A DNA stretch of 64,000 nt from Nostoc sp. (GTDB lineage: Bacteria > Cyanobacteriota > Cyanobacteriia > Cyanobacteriales > Nostocaceae), in the NCBI GenBank assembly GCA_036918135.1, contig JBALDB010000011.1, positions 32,001 to 96,000 on the forward strand. Reading direction: 5' to 3'. The translations under genes and the position numbers were made by a program. The notes under the pieces are model-generated. The model was not told the origin of the DNA. It searched no databases and saw nothing but the letters and a program-made list of their open reading frames with translations. Positions within the stretch are counted from its first letter, which is position 1, and every line of letters begins with the position of its first letter. Of the stretch, positions 54,547 to 64,000 are shown piece after piece.

Positions 54547-54643
54547 CTAATACTGCAAGGCGGAATTCAAACTTCAAAATCGATACAGCATAAGCATTTC
54601 ATTGATTTTAAATTGGTTATTTGTTTCCGCCGTGCTGTACTAG
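54547..54643. mobile_element. MITE-like insertion within the NsiR1 array
   Basis: Imperfect inverted ends CTAATACTGCAAGGCGGAA / TTCCGCCGTGCTGTACTAG. Confidence 0.55.
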
Positions 54644-54656
54644 TCATTTAATAATT

Positions 54657-54717
54657 GGTAGGTTTGAACTGATAACTAACCCCTCTGATTGGCTAACACC
54701 TGTTGAGAATTTTTTTT
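54657..54717 (+). pseudogene. Degenerate NsiR1 copy lacking the DIF1 promoter
   Basis: GGTAGGTTTGAACTGATAACTAACCCCTCTGATTGGCTAACACC; no TCCGGA 36 nt upstream. Confidence 0.65.
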
Positions 54718-54795
54718 CTGGTGAACAAACAGCAATAACCTCAACTTGTGCATAATTTATCCGGTGGATAGCCATTAACTTGAGAAAAAATAATT

Positions 54796-54855
54796 GGTAG
54801 ATGCACCCTGATAACTCAACTCCCCTGATTGGCTAATACCCACTTGGGGTTTTTT
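54796..54855 (+). ncRNA. nsiR1: NsiR1 sRNA copy
   Basis: Intact unit; variant TCCGGT at 54760. Confidence 0.88.
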
Positions 54856-54931
54856 CTAATTGGGATCGCCATCAACTCTAATTTTGAGCATTTTTTCCGG
54901 AAATACTGGCTGCCCCTAGAAAACATTAGTT

Positions 54932-54990
54932 GGTAGATGCACCCTGATAACTCACTCCCCTAGTAGGTTAACACCAACTGGGGTTTTTTT
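54932..54990 (+). ncRNA. nsiR1: NsiR1 sRNA copy
   Basis: Intact unit; TCCGGA at 54896. Confidence 0.88.
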
Positions 54991-55060
54991 ATTTTAAAAA
55001 ATAACTGACCTTTGTACAAATTTATCCGGAGTATGGTGTTTAACCTTAGAACATTTAATT

Positions 55061-55121
55061 GGTAGATGCACCCTGATAACTAACTCCCCTGGTTGGGCTA
55101 ACACCCACTGGGGGTTTTTTT
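55061..55121 (+). ncRNA. nsiR1: NsiR1 sRNA copy
   Basis: Intact unit; TCCGGA at 55025. Confidence 0.9.
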
Positions 55122-55399
55122 GCTCTAGAAGCGTAGCAGCTTGTCGTTAAACATCTACCAGTCTCCACGATCTGCCCACATAGCTAGAATACACCTTATT
55201 ACTACTGCTGGTAGAGCTTGAATATTTCCTGATTGCCAGCATAGAGCAAAACCTAGTCACTCAATCCCTGAACCGCTTTGCTTTTATTGTCGGCTAGAAA
55301 CGCGACTCTAAAATGATTGCTATGATATTTAATCACATTCTTAAGTTTTTTTCTAGATTCCTACTTTCTGGTTCTTGGACTGCTGCTTTCTCAAAAACT

Positions 55400-55660
55400 G
55401 GGTATGGGGCAAACAGGGAGTACTGAGTTAGGAGCCTCGCTAAAGACGTTTGCGTTGCTTTGGTTAGGAGTTATTATCCTGGATTTCTCACTAGTGAGAA
55501 CTCCAAGGAGTATGGGAGGTGTGGGAGGAAAAGCAAGTGTGGAACCAGAGGGAAGAAAAGCAGGTGTGGGAAGATGGGGAAGAAATCTTTCCCCCCACAC
55601 TCCCCACACTTCCCACACTCCCGATACTCTTGTGAGAAATTGAGAATTATCTTCCCTGCT
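55400..55660. repeat. Composite STRR-type inverted repeat element
   Basis: GGGCAAACAGG lead-in and GGGGAAGAAATCTTTCCCCC core shared with 16585-16700. Confidence 0.7.
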
Positions 55661-55770
55661 CCCTCCCTTATCTCCTCTTTGCTTTTTGTTGACATTAATA
55701 ACATGCTATATGGTATATTTCATGGCGTTATGCTAGGATATCTAGCCTAAAACCAAAGAGTTGCCAACCG

Positions 55771-56094
55771 ATGAGTTTAGCTGTAATTAAGTTCTCTTCA
55801 GAAGAGTGCGGCATCTGCCACAAAATGTCTTTTTATGACAAAAAGGTGACTGAGGAACTGGGTTTAGAATTTATCGATGTGAAAATGCAGGATACTGCTG
55901 CTTACCGCAAGTATCGTAAGATTTTATTAACTCAGTATCCCGATAAATCAGAAATGGGATGGCCTACTTACATCGTTTGTGATTCTCCAGAAGGAGAATT
56001 TCAGATTGTGGGTGAGGTAAAAGGAGGTCATCCCAAAGGTGAATTTAGAACCCGTCTCCAACAGGTTCTCGATTCTACTACTAGTCAGAATTAA
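55771..56094 (+). CDS. Thioredoxin-fold protein
   Basis: CGIC motif and cis-Pro loop GWPT. Confidence 0.8.
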   Translation: MSLAVIKFSSEECGICHKMSFYDKKVTEELGLEFIDVKMQDTAAYRKYRKILLTQYPDKSEMGWPTYIVCDSPEGEFQIVGEVKGGHPKGEFRTRLQQVLDSTTSQN

Positions 56095-56314
56095 TTACTT
56101 CAAAAGATTTAACCTCTAGGACAGGGCCGATCATGGCAGTTGTCATGATATCTTCACGTACCTGTCCTTTAACTTTTGCTTTTTGTCCGGCTTTGAGTAA
56201 GTCTTTATCAGCCCCTTTGAGGATTTCGTAAGTAACGCCCTCTTCTGTAACTAACGCCCATGCGCCTGGGCCAATATCACGGCGTTGAATTGTACCTGTA
56301 AGTGTAATGCTCAT
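56081..56314 (-). CDS. Small hypothetical protein (OB-fold-like)
   Basis: 77-aa beta-rich ORF with good coding appearance. Confidence 0.65.
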   Translation of the reverse strand: MSITLTGTIQRRDIGPGAWALVTEEGVTYEILKGADKDLLKAGQKAKVKGQVREDIMTTAMIGPVLEVKSFEVINSD

Positions 56315-56456
56315 AAATAGTACTGAGTGCTGAGTAGGGGTGGGCAGTGGGGACTAGGGACACTTCGGGTGAGCTTCAGTGCATCACTGGGGACTAGGGA
56401 TTAGCAAAGTAATTTTTCCAATCCCCAGTCCCCAATACCCAGTACCCAATCCCTAT

Positions 56457-58307
56457 TTATGCTGTTTTTTCTTCGTTTTGCAATGCTAAACGAGCAAGTC
56501 CATAACAAAGTATGCCGTTGGTCATGAGGAATAGACGTGCTAAGTAAACATTTCCGAATCCCCAAACTGCCGGGTCGTAAATAGCACTTACTGTCAAGCA
56601 GGCTGCTACTCCTAGTGTTGAACCAATGGCAAACCATTTCAAACTAGGATGTCCTAACAGTAATGCCATTAAGACAATTGGAATCAATACGCTGGCAAAC
56701 ACGGGATTTAATGCACCAGTTCCCTGGAGGGTATTACCGAGTTCCGGAATTGAACTGCCCAAAACCCTGAAAGGCCACTGGGGAAGGTCAAAAATATAGA
56801 TTCCTTTAAGGAAGAATAACCCTGAACTGCCAGCAATTAAACCACTAAATAAAGACCAACTCCAAGTAAAGGGGAAGTAAACCCGTAGAAACCAAGCTAG
56901 CAAATAGGAACCAACTACCATTAAAATCTTAGGTAACAGTGCTATTGCACCACCATCAATCCAAAAGCCGGGATTTAGATAGCCGTTATCCCGTAACCAA
57001 CGGAAGAAATCTTGAAAACTGATTTGCCCTTGAACAGCTAGTTTGACTGCTGCTTCTGCATTGAGTTGTCCAGCACCATAATAATTCAAACCATCATCTT
57101 GGATAACTCGTGCTGACTGTTTAAGGACTTTTAAAACTTCATCTGGTTCTTTAATACCAGTAGCTTTGATTAATGCCGCAACACCAGCAACGTGCGGGGA
57201 AGCCATGCTTGTACCTTGGAAGCCAAGAAATACGCCCTGGCCGTTTTCATCGATAGTTTCTTGGAGAATCTTACCAGCTTCACTACCACCAGGAGCAGAG
57301 ATATCTACCCCTGCACCAAAGTTAGAATATGGTGCTTTTTCGCCGTCTGGGCCGATTGCAGAAACACCAATCACGTGGGGATAGCGGGCTGGATAGCTTG
57401 CCCCATTGGCGCTTTCATTGCCAGCTGCGGCAACGATGACTACACCTTTTCTATGGGCATAGTCGATCGCATCTTTCATCAATTTGCTTTCACCACCACC
57501 ACCCAAGCTCATATTAATTACATTTGCGCCTTTCTCAGCAGCAAATTTAATTGCTTCGGCAATATCGGCAACAGTACCGCCACCGTATGAATTCAGTACC
57601 TTTAGCGGCATTAGACTAGCTTCATAAGCTATTCCAGCTACGCCATATTTATTATTTGTAGCTTGGGCAATGGTTCCAGCAACGTGAGTGCCGTGACCGT
57701 TATCGTCATCAGCTTGTTCTCGGTCGTTAACAAAATCATAGCCTTTGACGAATTTGGTTTCATACAAGTCGCGCACCTTGGTAATCCCAGTGTCAATTAC
57801 CGCAACGGTGATGCCGCTGCCTTTGGTTTGACTCCATGCGCCTTCAATCCCGATTTTGTGCAAGTTCCACTGCTTGCTGTAATATTGGTCATTGGGGCCA
57901 GTTAATGAAACACTAACCTCATCATTTTCTTGGGGTCGCAAAAATTCTCCTAGCCAAGCGGGTTGACCTGGTTGTGGAATCTTTCTGTAGATATAATTTG
58001 GCTCTATAAATTCTGTAGTTTGGGCAAACTGAGATTTTTTCAGTTCTTGGAGTCGCTGGCGATCGCCCTTGATAATATACACATTATCCTTCGCCGAAAA
58101 CTTGTTGTCTAATTGGGGTGTAACATTATATTGTTTGGCGAGCGCTTGTAAATTCTGTTCCACCACAGTTGATGGAATATCTTCCCGAAAATCAAGCAAA
58201 ATCGTCTCAAACTCACCTTTAGCTGCCAATCCCTGGAAATTCAGGAAACCAAATATGGCAGCTCCTAGCCCAATGACAAACAAGCACAATAATATAAGCT
58301 TTCTCAT
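56457..58307 (-). CDS. S8 subtilisin-like serine peptidase with C-terminal membrane domain
   Basis: Triad VIDTG, HGTHVAG, GTSMASP; oxyanion AAAGN. Confidence 0.94.
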   Translation of the reverse strand: MRKLILLCLFVIGLGAAIFGFLNFQGLAAKGEFETILLDFREDIPSTVVEQNLQALAKQYNVTPQLDNKFSAKDNVYIIKGDRQRLQELKKSQFAQTTEFIEPNYIYRKIPQPGQPAWLGEFLRPQENDEVSVSLTGPNDQYYSKQWNLHKIGIEGAWSQTKGSGITVAVIDTGITKVRDLYETKFVKGYDFVNDREQADDDNGHGTHVAGTIAQATNNKYGVAGIAYEASLMPLKVLNSYGGGTVADIAEAIKFAAEKGANVINMSLGGGGESKLMKDAIDYAHRKGVVIVAAAGNESANGASYPARYPHVIGVSAIGPDGEKAPYSNFGAGVDISAPGGSEAGKILQETIDENGQGVFLGFQGTSMASPHVAGVAALIKATGIKEPDEVLKVLKQSARVIQDDGLNYYGAGQLNAEAAVKLAVQGQISFQDFFRWLRDNGYLNPGFWIDGGAIALLPKILMVVGSYLLAWFLRVYFPFTWSWSLFSGLIAGSSGLFFLKGIYIFDLPQWPFRVLGSSIPELGNTLQGTGALNPVFASVLIPIVLMALLLGHPSLKWFAIGSTLGVAACLTVSAIYDPAVWGFGNVYLARLFLMTNGILCYGLARLALQNEEKTA

Positions 58308-58424
58308 ATTAACTCATCACCGCTTTTTGCCAGTTTGCTCACTACCATAACTTATCTACGTCCCTTATTGGTGGATTTGGCACTTTAGTTTACCTTCACT
58401 TCATTACCCAGGACAGTTGAAACG

Positions 58425-58856
58425 ATGGAACATGGTCTTTTGTGGCTACCTCTGTTAGGAATGTTTTTTTGGCTAGCTTGGCAAGGCTCAAAGGAGTATC
58501 AAAAAGTTGAAGCCTATCGTGTCTGGGCTGAGCAATTTGAACGGGCTAAGTACGATATTTATTCGGTATTGGGTCAAAAAGGTAACTCTATAACCTGGGG
58601 TAAACCTACACCTCAAGGCCCAATTAAACTTGAAACATTTTCTTTAGTTGATGTTAAAGAAATATCTCTTTTGATAGATGGAAAAGCAGTAAATGTTGAT
58701 GTATCATCTGATAAAGGTAGTTCTATAGAATTAGAATTTGTATTTTTCCAATCAGCCGACTCAGTTCGCGTTCCGTTTACAGAAATCCCTTTGGCAGCGG
58801 AATGGGGAAAGTATTTGCATTCAGCGTTAGCAAGTTTGCGATCGCAAAACCAGTAG
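58425..58856 (+). CDS. Conserved hypothetical protein with N-terminal TM
   Basis: 143-aa ORF, ATG start, hydrophobic N-terminus. Confidence 0.7.
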   Translation: MEHGLLWLPLLGMFFWLAWQGSKEYQKVEAYRVWAEQFERAKYDIYSVLGQKGNSITWGKPTPQGPIKLETFSLVDVKEISLLIDGKAVNVDVSSDKGSSIELEFVFFQSADSVRVPFTEIPLAAEWGKYLHSALASLRSQNQ

Positions 58857-59026
58857 CGATATCAACTTAGGCTAATTATGTAATAGATATCATCAAACTC
58901 AAGTCAGAATTTCTAATTTAGAATTGGTGAATATGATTCCAACTCCTAAGTTCTCAATTGATTAATTATTCCTCACAAATAAATTGAGCTTGTTACAATT
59001 AAATTAATACTTCTGTAACTGAAGCA

Positions 59027-59392
59027 ATGAATTCAAACGTAATCGGTGGAAACCTAGAAGCTTGCTGCACTTCTCCCATGACTGGGTTCTACCGCGACGG
59101 CTTTTGTCGTACAGGTGGTCAAGATTTCGGGTCGCACGTTATCTGTGCCGAACTAACATCAGAATTCCTTGAGTTTACCAAATCGCGCGGGAATGACCTG
59201 AGTACACCTGTTCCAGAATATAATTTTCCTGGACTCCAACCTGGCGACCGATGGTGTTTGTGTGCTTCTCGCTGGCAAGAAGCTCTCGATGCTGGCGTTG
59301 CTCCTCCAGTAATCCTTTCTGCAACCCATCCTAGAGCTTTAGAAGTAGTTTCCTTAGACGAACTCAGAAAACATGCCCTAAGTTCTTCTTGA
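59027..59392 (+). CDS. DUF2237 family protein
   Basis: PMTGFYRDGFC, GNDLSTP, GDRWCLCASRW. Confidence 0.92.
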   Translation: MNSNVIGGNLEACCTSPMTGFYRDGFCRTGGQDFGSHVICAELTSEFLEFTKSRGNDLSTPVPEYNFPGLQPGDRWCLCASRWQEALDAGVAPPVILSATHPRALEVVSLDELRKHALSSS

Positions 59393-59460
59393 TTAGGCAT
59401 TGAGCGTGCCCAGTGCTGAATTAGAAGTAAGAGTTATTCTTCCCTCTGCCCCACTCCCAA

Positions 59461-61587
59461 CTACCTCAGTGATACTTCCAGAGGTAGTTTCAATATATTA
59501 ACAACCATACCGATTAATTTAGTAGGGTCGATTGGTTTAGATAGATGCTGTTGAAATCCGGCTGCAAGTGCTTGTAAGCGATCTTCTTCTCTGGTGTATG
59601 CAGTTAAAGCGATCGCCGGAATGCCTCCGCCTTTTTCTGGTTCTAAAGAACGCAGTTTACGAATCAGCGTATAACCATCTTGCTCTGACATCCCGATGTC
59701 ACTAATTAGGATATCTGGTTTTGCTTGTTCGACTACTGCTAGTGCTTCATCCACTGAGGCGACGGCAGTGGCAACCGCCCCATAGTCCTCAAACATAAAA
59801 CTGAGAAAGTTACGGGTATCTGCTTCATCATCTACAACTAAAACCTTTAATCCAGCAAGAGGAGTAGAAACTCCAGGGGAGGGAATTTCTGCTAGTTCTG
59901 TAGTGGGTATATTATCGTTATTATCTTGTAGCAATGGCAGTCTCACAGTAAAGGTTGCCCCTTGTTCTGTACCTGGACTTTCGGCACAGATGGTGCCTTT
60001 GTGCAGTTCTACTAAATGACGGACAATCGCTAATCCTAGTCCTAGTCCATTGTGCGATCGGGTTGTGGTGCTGTCTGCTTGCCGGAAACGTTCAAATACT
60101 TTCGGTAAAAACTCTGCACTGATGCCAATACCGGTATCAATGACTTGAATTTGGGCGTATTGGAATTTAAGATTTGCAATTTGGGATTCGGAATTAATAC
60201 TTTCGTCAATATTTGAAGAGTTGAAATTTTTGCTCTCAGATTTCCTTCCCAAATCCTCAATCGAAAATCCAAAATAGGTAGACAGGCTGACTTCTACCTT
60301 ACCACCTTTATGGGTAAACTTAATAGCGTTAGTTAGTAGATTCCAAACAACTTGCTGTAAACGGGCTGGGTCGCCATATACTGACCCTATTGAAGTATCC
60401 AAAGCGGTCTTTAATTGAATTTCTTTAGCTTCTGCCAAGGGACGCACTGCCTCTAAGGCTGCCTCCATCACTGAAATTAGATTCACTGCACATATATTTA
60501 ATCGCAACTGACCGCGAATAATCCGCGATACATCCAAGATGTCCTCAATTAATTGCATTTGAGATGTAGCGTTGCGTTCGATCGCTTCCAAGGCGCGGGA
60601 AGTGGCTTTTTCATCAAGTTTCTTCGACCGCAGGATTTTTGACCAGCCAAGCATGGAAGTTAGGGGTGTGCGGAGTTCGTGGGAGAGAACAGCGAGAAAT
60701 TCATCTTTCATGCGATTTGCTGCTTCTGCTTCCTGTCTTGCCGTTTGTTCTCGAATTACTTGAGCGCGGACTTCTTCTGCTTGCTTGCGTTCAGTAATAT
60801 CTTCCAGGGTACCTACATACCCCAATAATTCCCCTTGACCGGAAAGCATCGGTGATGAGCGTACCTGAACCCAAAGAACATTGCCATGAGCAGTTTGAAA
60901 ACGAAATTCTTGGGAGTAGTCGCGACCTTGATTAATGTAGGTAGACCAACTAGTAACTGCTCGTTCTCTATCCTCAGGATGAACAGATTCCAGCCATCTA
61001 TTTTCTAAACTTTCTGCCGCTTTCATGCCACAGATTGTCTGATAACGCGGATTCGTATACCTACAGCGCCCTTCTGTATCAATTTCAAAAATGCCAACTG
61101 GCGAGCAGGTACTCAGAGAACGAAATCTCTCTTCACTTTGCCGCAGTTCGGCATTAACTGCTACTAGTTGCGCTGCTTGTTGCTTGACGGCTTCTGTTTT
61201 TTTAAATAGTTCTACGAATACTGTGACTTTAGAAGTTAGGATATTGGGATCTATAGGTTTGAGCAAATAATCTACTGCACCCAAGGCATAACCTTTAAAC
61301 AGCATTTGGTCACTGGTGCTGAAGGCGGTAAGAAAGATTATTGGGGTGTGACGCGATCGCCCACGATTACGAATCAAAGTAGCAGTTTCAAAGCCATCCA
61401 TTCCTGGCATTTGCACATCCAACAAAATCACTGCAAAGTCCTGATGCAGCAGACACCTTAAAGCTTCTTCCCCAGAAGTAGCTCTAACCAGATTTTCACC
61501 CAGTTTTTCTAGGATTGCCTCTAGTGCAAGTAAATTTTCCAGCTTATCATCTACTAGGAGGATGTTTACTTTGGGTTCCATCTGCAT
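59461..61587 (-). CDS. Hybrid sensor kinase (REC-PAS-HisKA-HATPase-REC)
   Basis: LLVDD...LDVQMP, LSHELRTPL, NAIKFT, GLGLGL, ISDIGM. Confidence 0.93.
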   Translation of the reverse strand: MQMEPKVNILLVDDKLENLLALEAILEKLGENLVRATSGEEALRCLLHQDFAVILLDVQMPGMDGFETATLIRNRGRSRHTPIIFLTAFSTSDQMLFKGYALGAVDYLLKPIDPNILTSKVTVFVELFKKTEAVKQQAAQLVAVNAELRQSEERFRSLSTCSPVGIFEIDTEGRCRYTNPRYQTICGMKAAESLENRWLESVHPEDRERAVTSWSTYINQGRDYSQEFRFQTAHGNVLWVQVRSSPMLSGQGELLGYVGTLEDITERKQAEEVRAQVIREQTARQEAEAANRMKDEFLAVLSHELRTPLTSMLGWSKILRSKKLDEKATSRALEAIERNATSQMQLIEDILDVSRIIRGQLRLNICAVNLISVMEAALEAVRPLAEAKEIQLKTALDTSIGSVYGDPARLQQVVWNLLTNAIKFTHKGGKVEVSLSTYFGFSIEDLGRKSESKNFNSSNIDESINSESQIANLKFQYAQIQVIDTGIGISAEFLPKVFERFRQADSTTTRSHNGLGLGLAIVRHLVELHKGTICAESPGTEQGATFTVRLPLLQDNNDNIPTTELAEIPSPGVSTPLAGLKVLVVDDEADTRNFLSFMFEDYGAVATAVASVDEALAVVEQAKPDILISDIGMSEQDGYTLIRKLRSLEPEKGGGIPAIALTAYTREEDRLQALAAGFQQHLSKPIDPTKLIGMVVNILKLPLEVSLR

Positions 61588-61603
61588 GGGTTCATTTCCG
61601 TGA

Positions 61604-62164
61604 TTAGTAACAAAGCTTGACCATTTGGTCAGCAATGTCTGAGAGTGTCAAAATCCAGTCTACTGCAACAGCAGAAATTGCTGCCTCTGGCATAATACAG
61701 CTCTCAGCTGTAGCGGGTTTTTGTACAATAGTGGTTCCTCCCCGCGCTTTTATCTTTTTTAACCCTTGCATACCATCGTGGTTTGCTCCCGTCAATATTA
61801 TACCAATAACTTGCTCGCCATAAATATCCGCTGCCGACTCAAACAACACATCGATTGATGGTCGGGCATAGGAAACAGGCTCATCAATTGAGAGGGCAAA
61901 GTAACCTGGTTCAACGAGCAAGTGATAATCTGCTGGAGCTAGGTAGACATGTCTTGGTAGTATTTCGTCTTTGTCTTCCACTTCTCGAATCGGCAAGAAA
62001 ATTGATTCTTGTAATAATTGCTGGAGTGCATTATTCGACTCTTTGTGACGGTGTTGCACGATCGCGATCGGTACTGAAAAATCTGTTGGTAATTTTTCTA
62101 AGATAATTTTTAGTGCTGATAATCCACCTAATGAAGTACCAATTACTACAATTTGAAATGACAT
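61604..62164 (-). CDS. cheB: Stand-alone CheB methylesterase domain protein
   Basis: Ser-His-Asp motifs GTSLGG, VQHR, LTGANHDG; RPSIDVLFESAA. Confidence 0.92.
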   Translation of the reverse strand: MSFQIVVIGTSLGGLSALKIILEKLPTDFSVPIAIVQHRHKESNNALQQLLQESIFLPIREVEDKDEILPRHVYLAPADYHLLVEPGYFALSIDEPVSYARPSIDVLFESAADIYGEQVIGIILTGANHDGMQGLKKIKARGGTTIVQKPATAESCIMPEAAISAVAVDWILTLSDIADQMVKLCY

Positions 62165-62194
62165 TAATTTAGCCCTCATACCCACTGAATGTTG

Positions 62195-62440
62195 TCATTG
62201 GGCATGGGGTATGGGGTATGGGGCAAACAGGGAGTGTGGGAGGAGTAAGGTGGTGGGGTGAAAATTCTCTCCCCATTGCCCATCTCCTGTTTGGTGAGTT
62301 TCGACTACGCAGTAGTTGAATCTCGACTTCGCTCGATTTTTGCAAAGTCGAAACTCAACTACCGCCAAATCAACCACATCTCCTTCATCTTCCCCATTCC
62401 TCATTCCCTACTCCCTAATCCCTACTTTTCCCCAAACTAC
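62195..62440. repeat. STRR composite with an embedded short palindromic repeat
   Basis: GGGGTAT units, GGGCAAACAGG lead-in, GTTTCGACT...AGTCGAAAC inverted pair and a C-rich arm. Confidence 0.65.
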
Positions 62441-62988
62441 TGAAGATTATATATTTTTGTTATTTTCTTTACAAATAAATATTTTATAAATGTGAAATAC
62501 TTGACATCAAATTATTGTTTTTAGTTTTAATAATGTTTTAATTATGCAAACTTAAATACAGTAAAAAATATTTTTTTTGCTAACTAACTAAGTTTAAAAC
62601 TTTAATATTTTATTTTTTGACAATTCATAAAAATTTACTTAAGCTAAAAGATAGGTTAAGTAAATCAATGAATAACAGCAATTATGTTTAGCTCCATCAA
62701 CAATTGCTGTTGTAGACTATCAGCATGAGGAAAGGAATCGCAAGAACCATTATTGTTTATAGACATTCACCAGATTTGACTACAAAAGGCTAAGACACAA
62801 TCGAGGATATTGCACCGCGCAAATATTAAATCATTAAACAGTTATTAAAATTTTCCTAAGCGACTGATAACTAATAACTGTTGAACAGATTTACGTAATT
62901 TATGAATGGATACTTTTAGTGAGATTAGTGAGTATCTATAGAACTTTGAAGTTTGATTGAGTGCGGTAAATATATCCAGGAGAATACA

Positions 62989-63489
62989 ATGCTTGAGAAT
63001 TTTACATCTTTAAATGACCACAATTTGCCGTATCCAGATACGATTCATCCAATCTTTGTCCACTTTGTAATTGCGATGGTATTGTTTTCCTTTTTGTGCG
63101 ATGTAATTGGCTACTTTACTGGTAAAACTCGGCTTTTTGAGGTGAGTTGGTGGAATATGTCTGTTGCCACAATCGCCATCTTCATCGCCATCATTTTTGG
63201 TCAGTTTGAAGCTGGTTTAGCACACCCTTACAGCCTAGCTAAATCAGTGCTGAATTTGCATACATTGATTGGTTGGTCGCTTTCGGGAATTATCGCTGGA
63301 ATTACAGCTTGGCGCTATGTTATTCGTACCCGAAACCCCCAAAAAGTACCGATTTACTATCTAGGAGCCGGACTAATTTTAATCTTGATAGTTGGCTTGC
63401 AGGTATATCTCGGAGACCAACTTGTTTGGGTGTATGGACTGCATACAGTACCAGTTGTAGAAGCAGTAAAGGATGGTTTATTGCCATGA
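62989..63489 (+). CDS. DUF2231 family membrane protein
   Basis: IHPIFVHF, LHTLIGW, LGDQLVWVYG; AGGAG RBS. Confidence 0.85.
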   Translation: MLENFTSLNDHNLPYPDTIHPIFVHFVIAMVLFSFLCDVIGYFTGKTRLFEVSWWNMSVATIAIFIAIIFGQFEAGLAHPYSLAKSVLNLHTLIGWSLSGIIAGITAWRYVIRTRNPQKVPIYYLGAGLILILIVGLQVYLGDQLVWVYGLHTVPVVEAVKDGLLP

Positions 63490-64000
63490 ACTTAGAATTG
63501 ATTGACCAACTGAAAGCACAACTAGGTGCAAACGGACTACCTTACACAATTCCCATTCATCCTAACTTAGTCCATCTGACACTGGGTTTATTCATCATTG
63601 GCATCACCTTTGATATCGTTGGTGTTTTCTTCCCCTTTCAAAAATGGGTCTTCAAATATTTAGCAATTACTGTGGAACGCGACAACTTCTTTGATGTTGG
63701 CTGGTACAACATGTTTGCATCTAGCATCATTACATTTTTTACAGTAGGAGCAGGTTTTTACGAAATGCTGTTAGCAGCACCACCAGCAAATGTGAAAAGT
63801 GCCTGGGGATTGCAGGCAATGGAAACGATGCTTTGGCATGGTTTAGGTGGTGTGTTCTTGTTAGCAATGATGGTTGTCATGACCGTCTGGAGAGGATGGC
63901 AGCGCTTCGTTTGGAGCAAACAAGAATATAGACAGACAGACAGACAAGTGCAATGGAGTTATCTGTTCGCAGGCGTAGCAGTCATATTAGTGATGTACGT
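63486..64000 (+). CDS. Second DUF2231 family membrane protein (runs off the window edge)
   Basis: Not in the ORF track. ATGA overlap; MNLELIDQLK...PIHPNLVHLTLGLF...WHGLGG. From recall, such a pair precedes the cox3/ARTO oxidase operon in Nostocales. Confidence 0.83.
   Translation, partial: MNLELIDQLKAQLGANGLPYTIPIHPNLVHLTLGLFIIGITFDIVGVFFPFQKWVFKYLAITVERDNFFDVGWYNMFASSIITFFTVGAGFYEMLLAAPPANVKSAWGLQAMETMLWHGLGGVFLLAMMVVMTVWRGWQRFVWSKQEYRQTDRQVQWSYLFAGVAVILVMY

Noticed and set aside
53865..55121. Possible CRISPR array or novel repeat system
   Set aside because: Units are ~60 nt with their own promoter motif and terminator, the intervening sequences resemble each other, and no cas genes are present. 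Sequence and position upstream of hetF fit the known NsiR1 array.

Overview
This 64-kb window is chromosomal DNA from a heterocyst-forming cyanobacterium (Nostocales-like), judged from abundant HIP1 octamers (GCGATCGC), heptamer STRR repeats, hetF and its upstream NsiR1 sRNA array. Most of it is core or near-core: pbpC/alpha-2-macroglobulin, ureEFG, amt, ispH, cbiET, an infC-family gene, an SLH-OprB porin, kdpABGC, chlI, hetF, two hybrid histidine kinases, cheB and a DUF2231 pair. The strongest candidate for an undescribed system is a co-oriented cluster at 7.5-15 kb: a RibA-linker-RibD reductase fusion, a Zn-ligand-less MDR dehydrogenase, an atypical QueD/PTPS lacking the catalytic Cys, a GT4 glycosyltransferase, two methyltransferases and a sugar-binding protein. 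It looks like a pathway to an unknown GTP-derived glycosylated and methylated metabolite. Other notable items are two arrays of a shared 21-bp minisatellite (between kdpA and kdpB, and upstream of a Roco gene), an LRR-Roc-COR-2TM protein with variable concave-face residues, a decaying Hpt domain, a decayed duplicate of the cbiET 3' end beyond infC, and an Rpn/DUF4351 pseudogene hit by two small insertions. All calls come from reading the sequence and recalling motifs; no searches were run.
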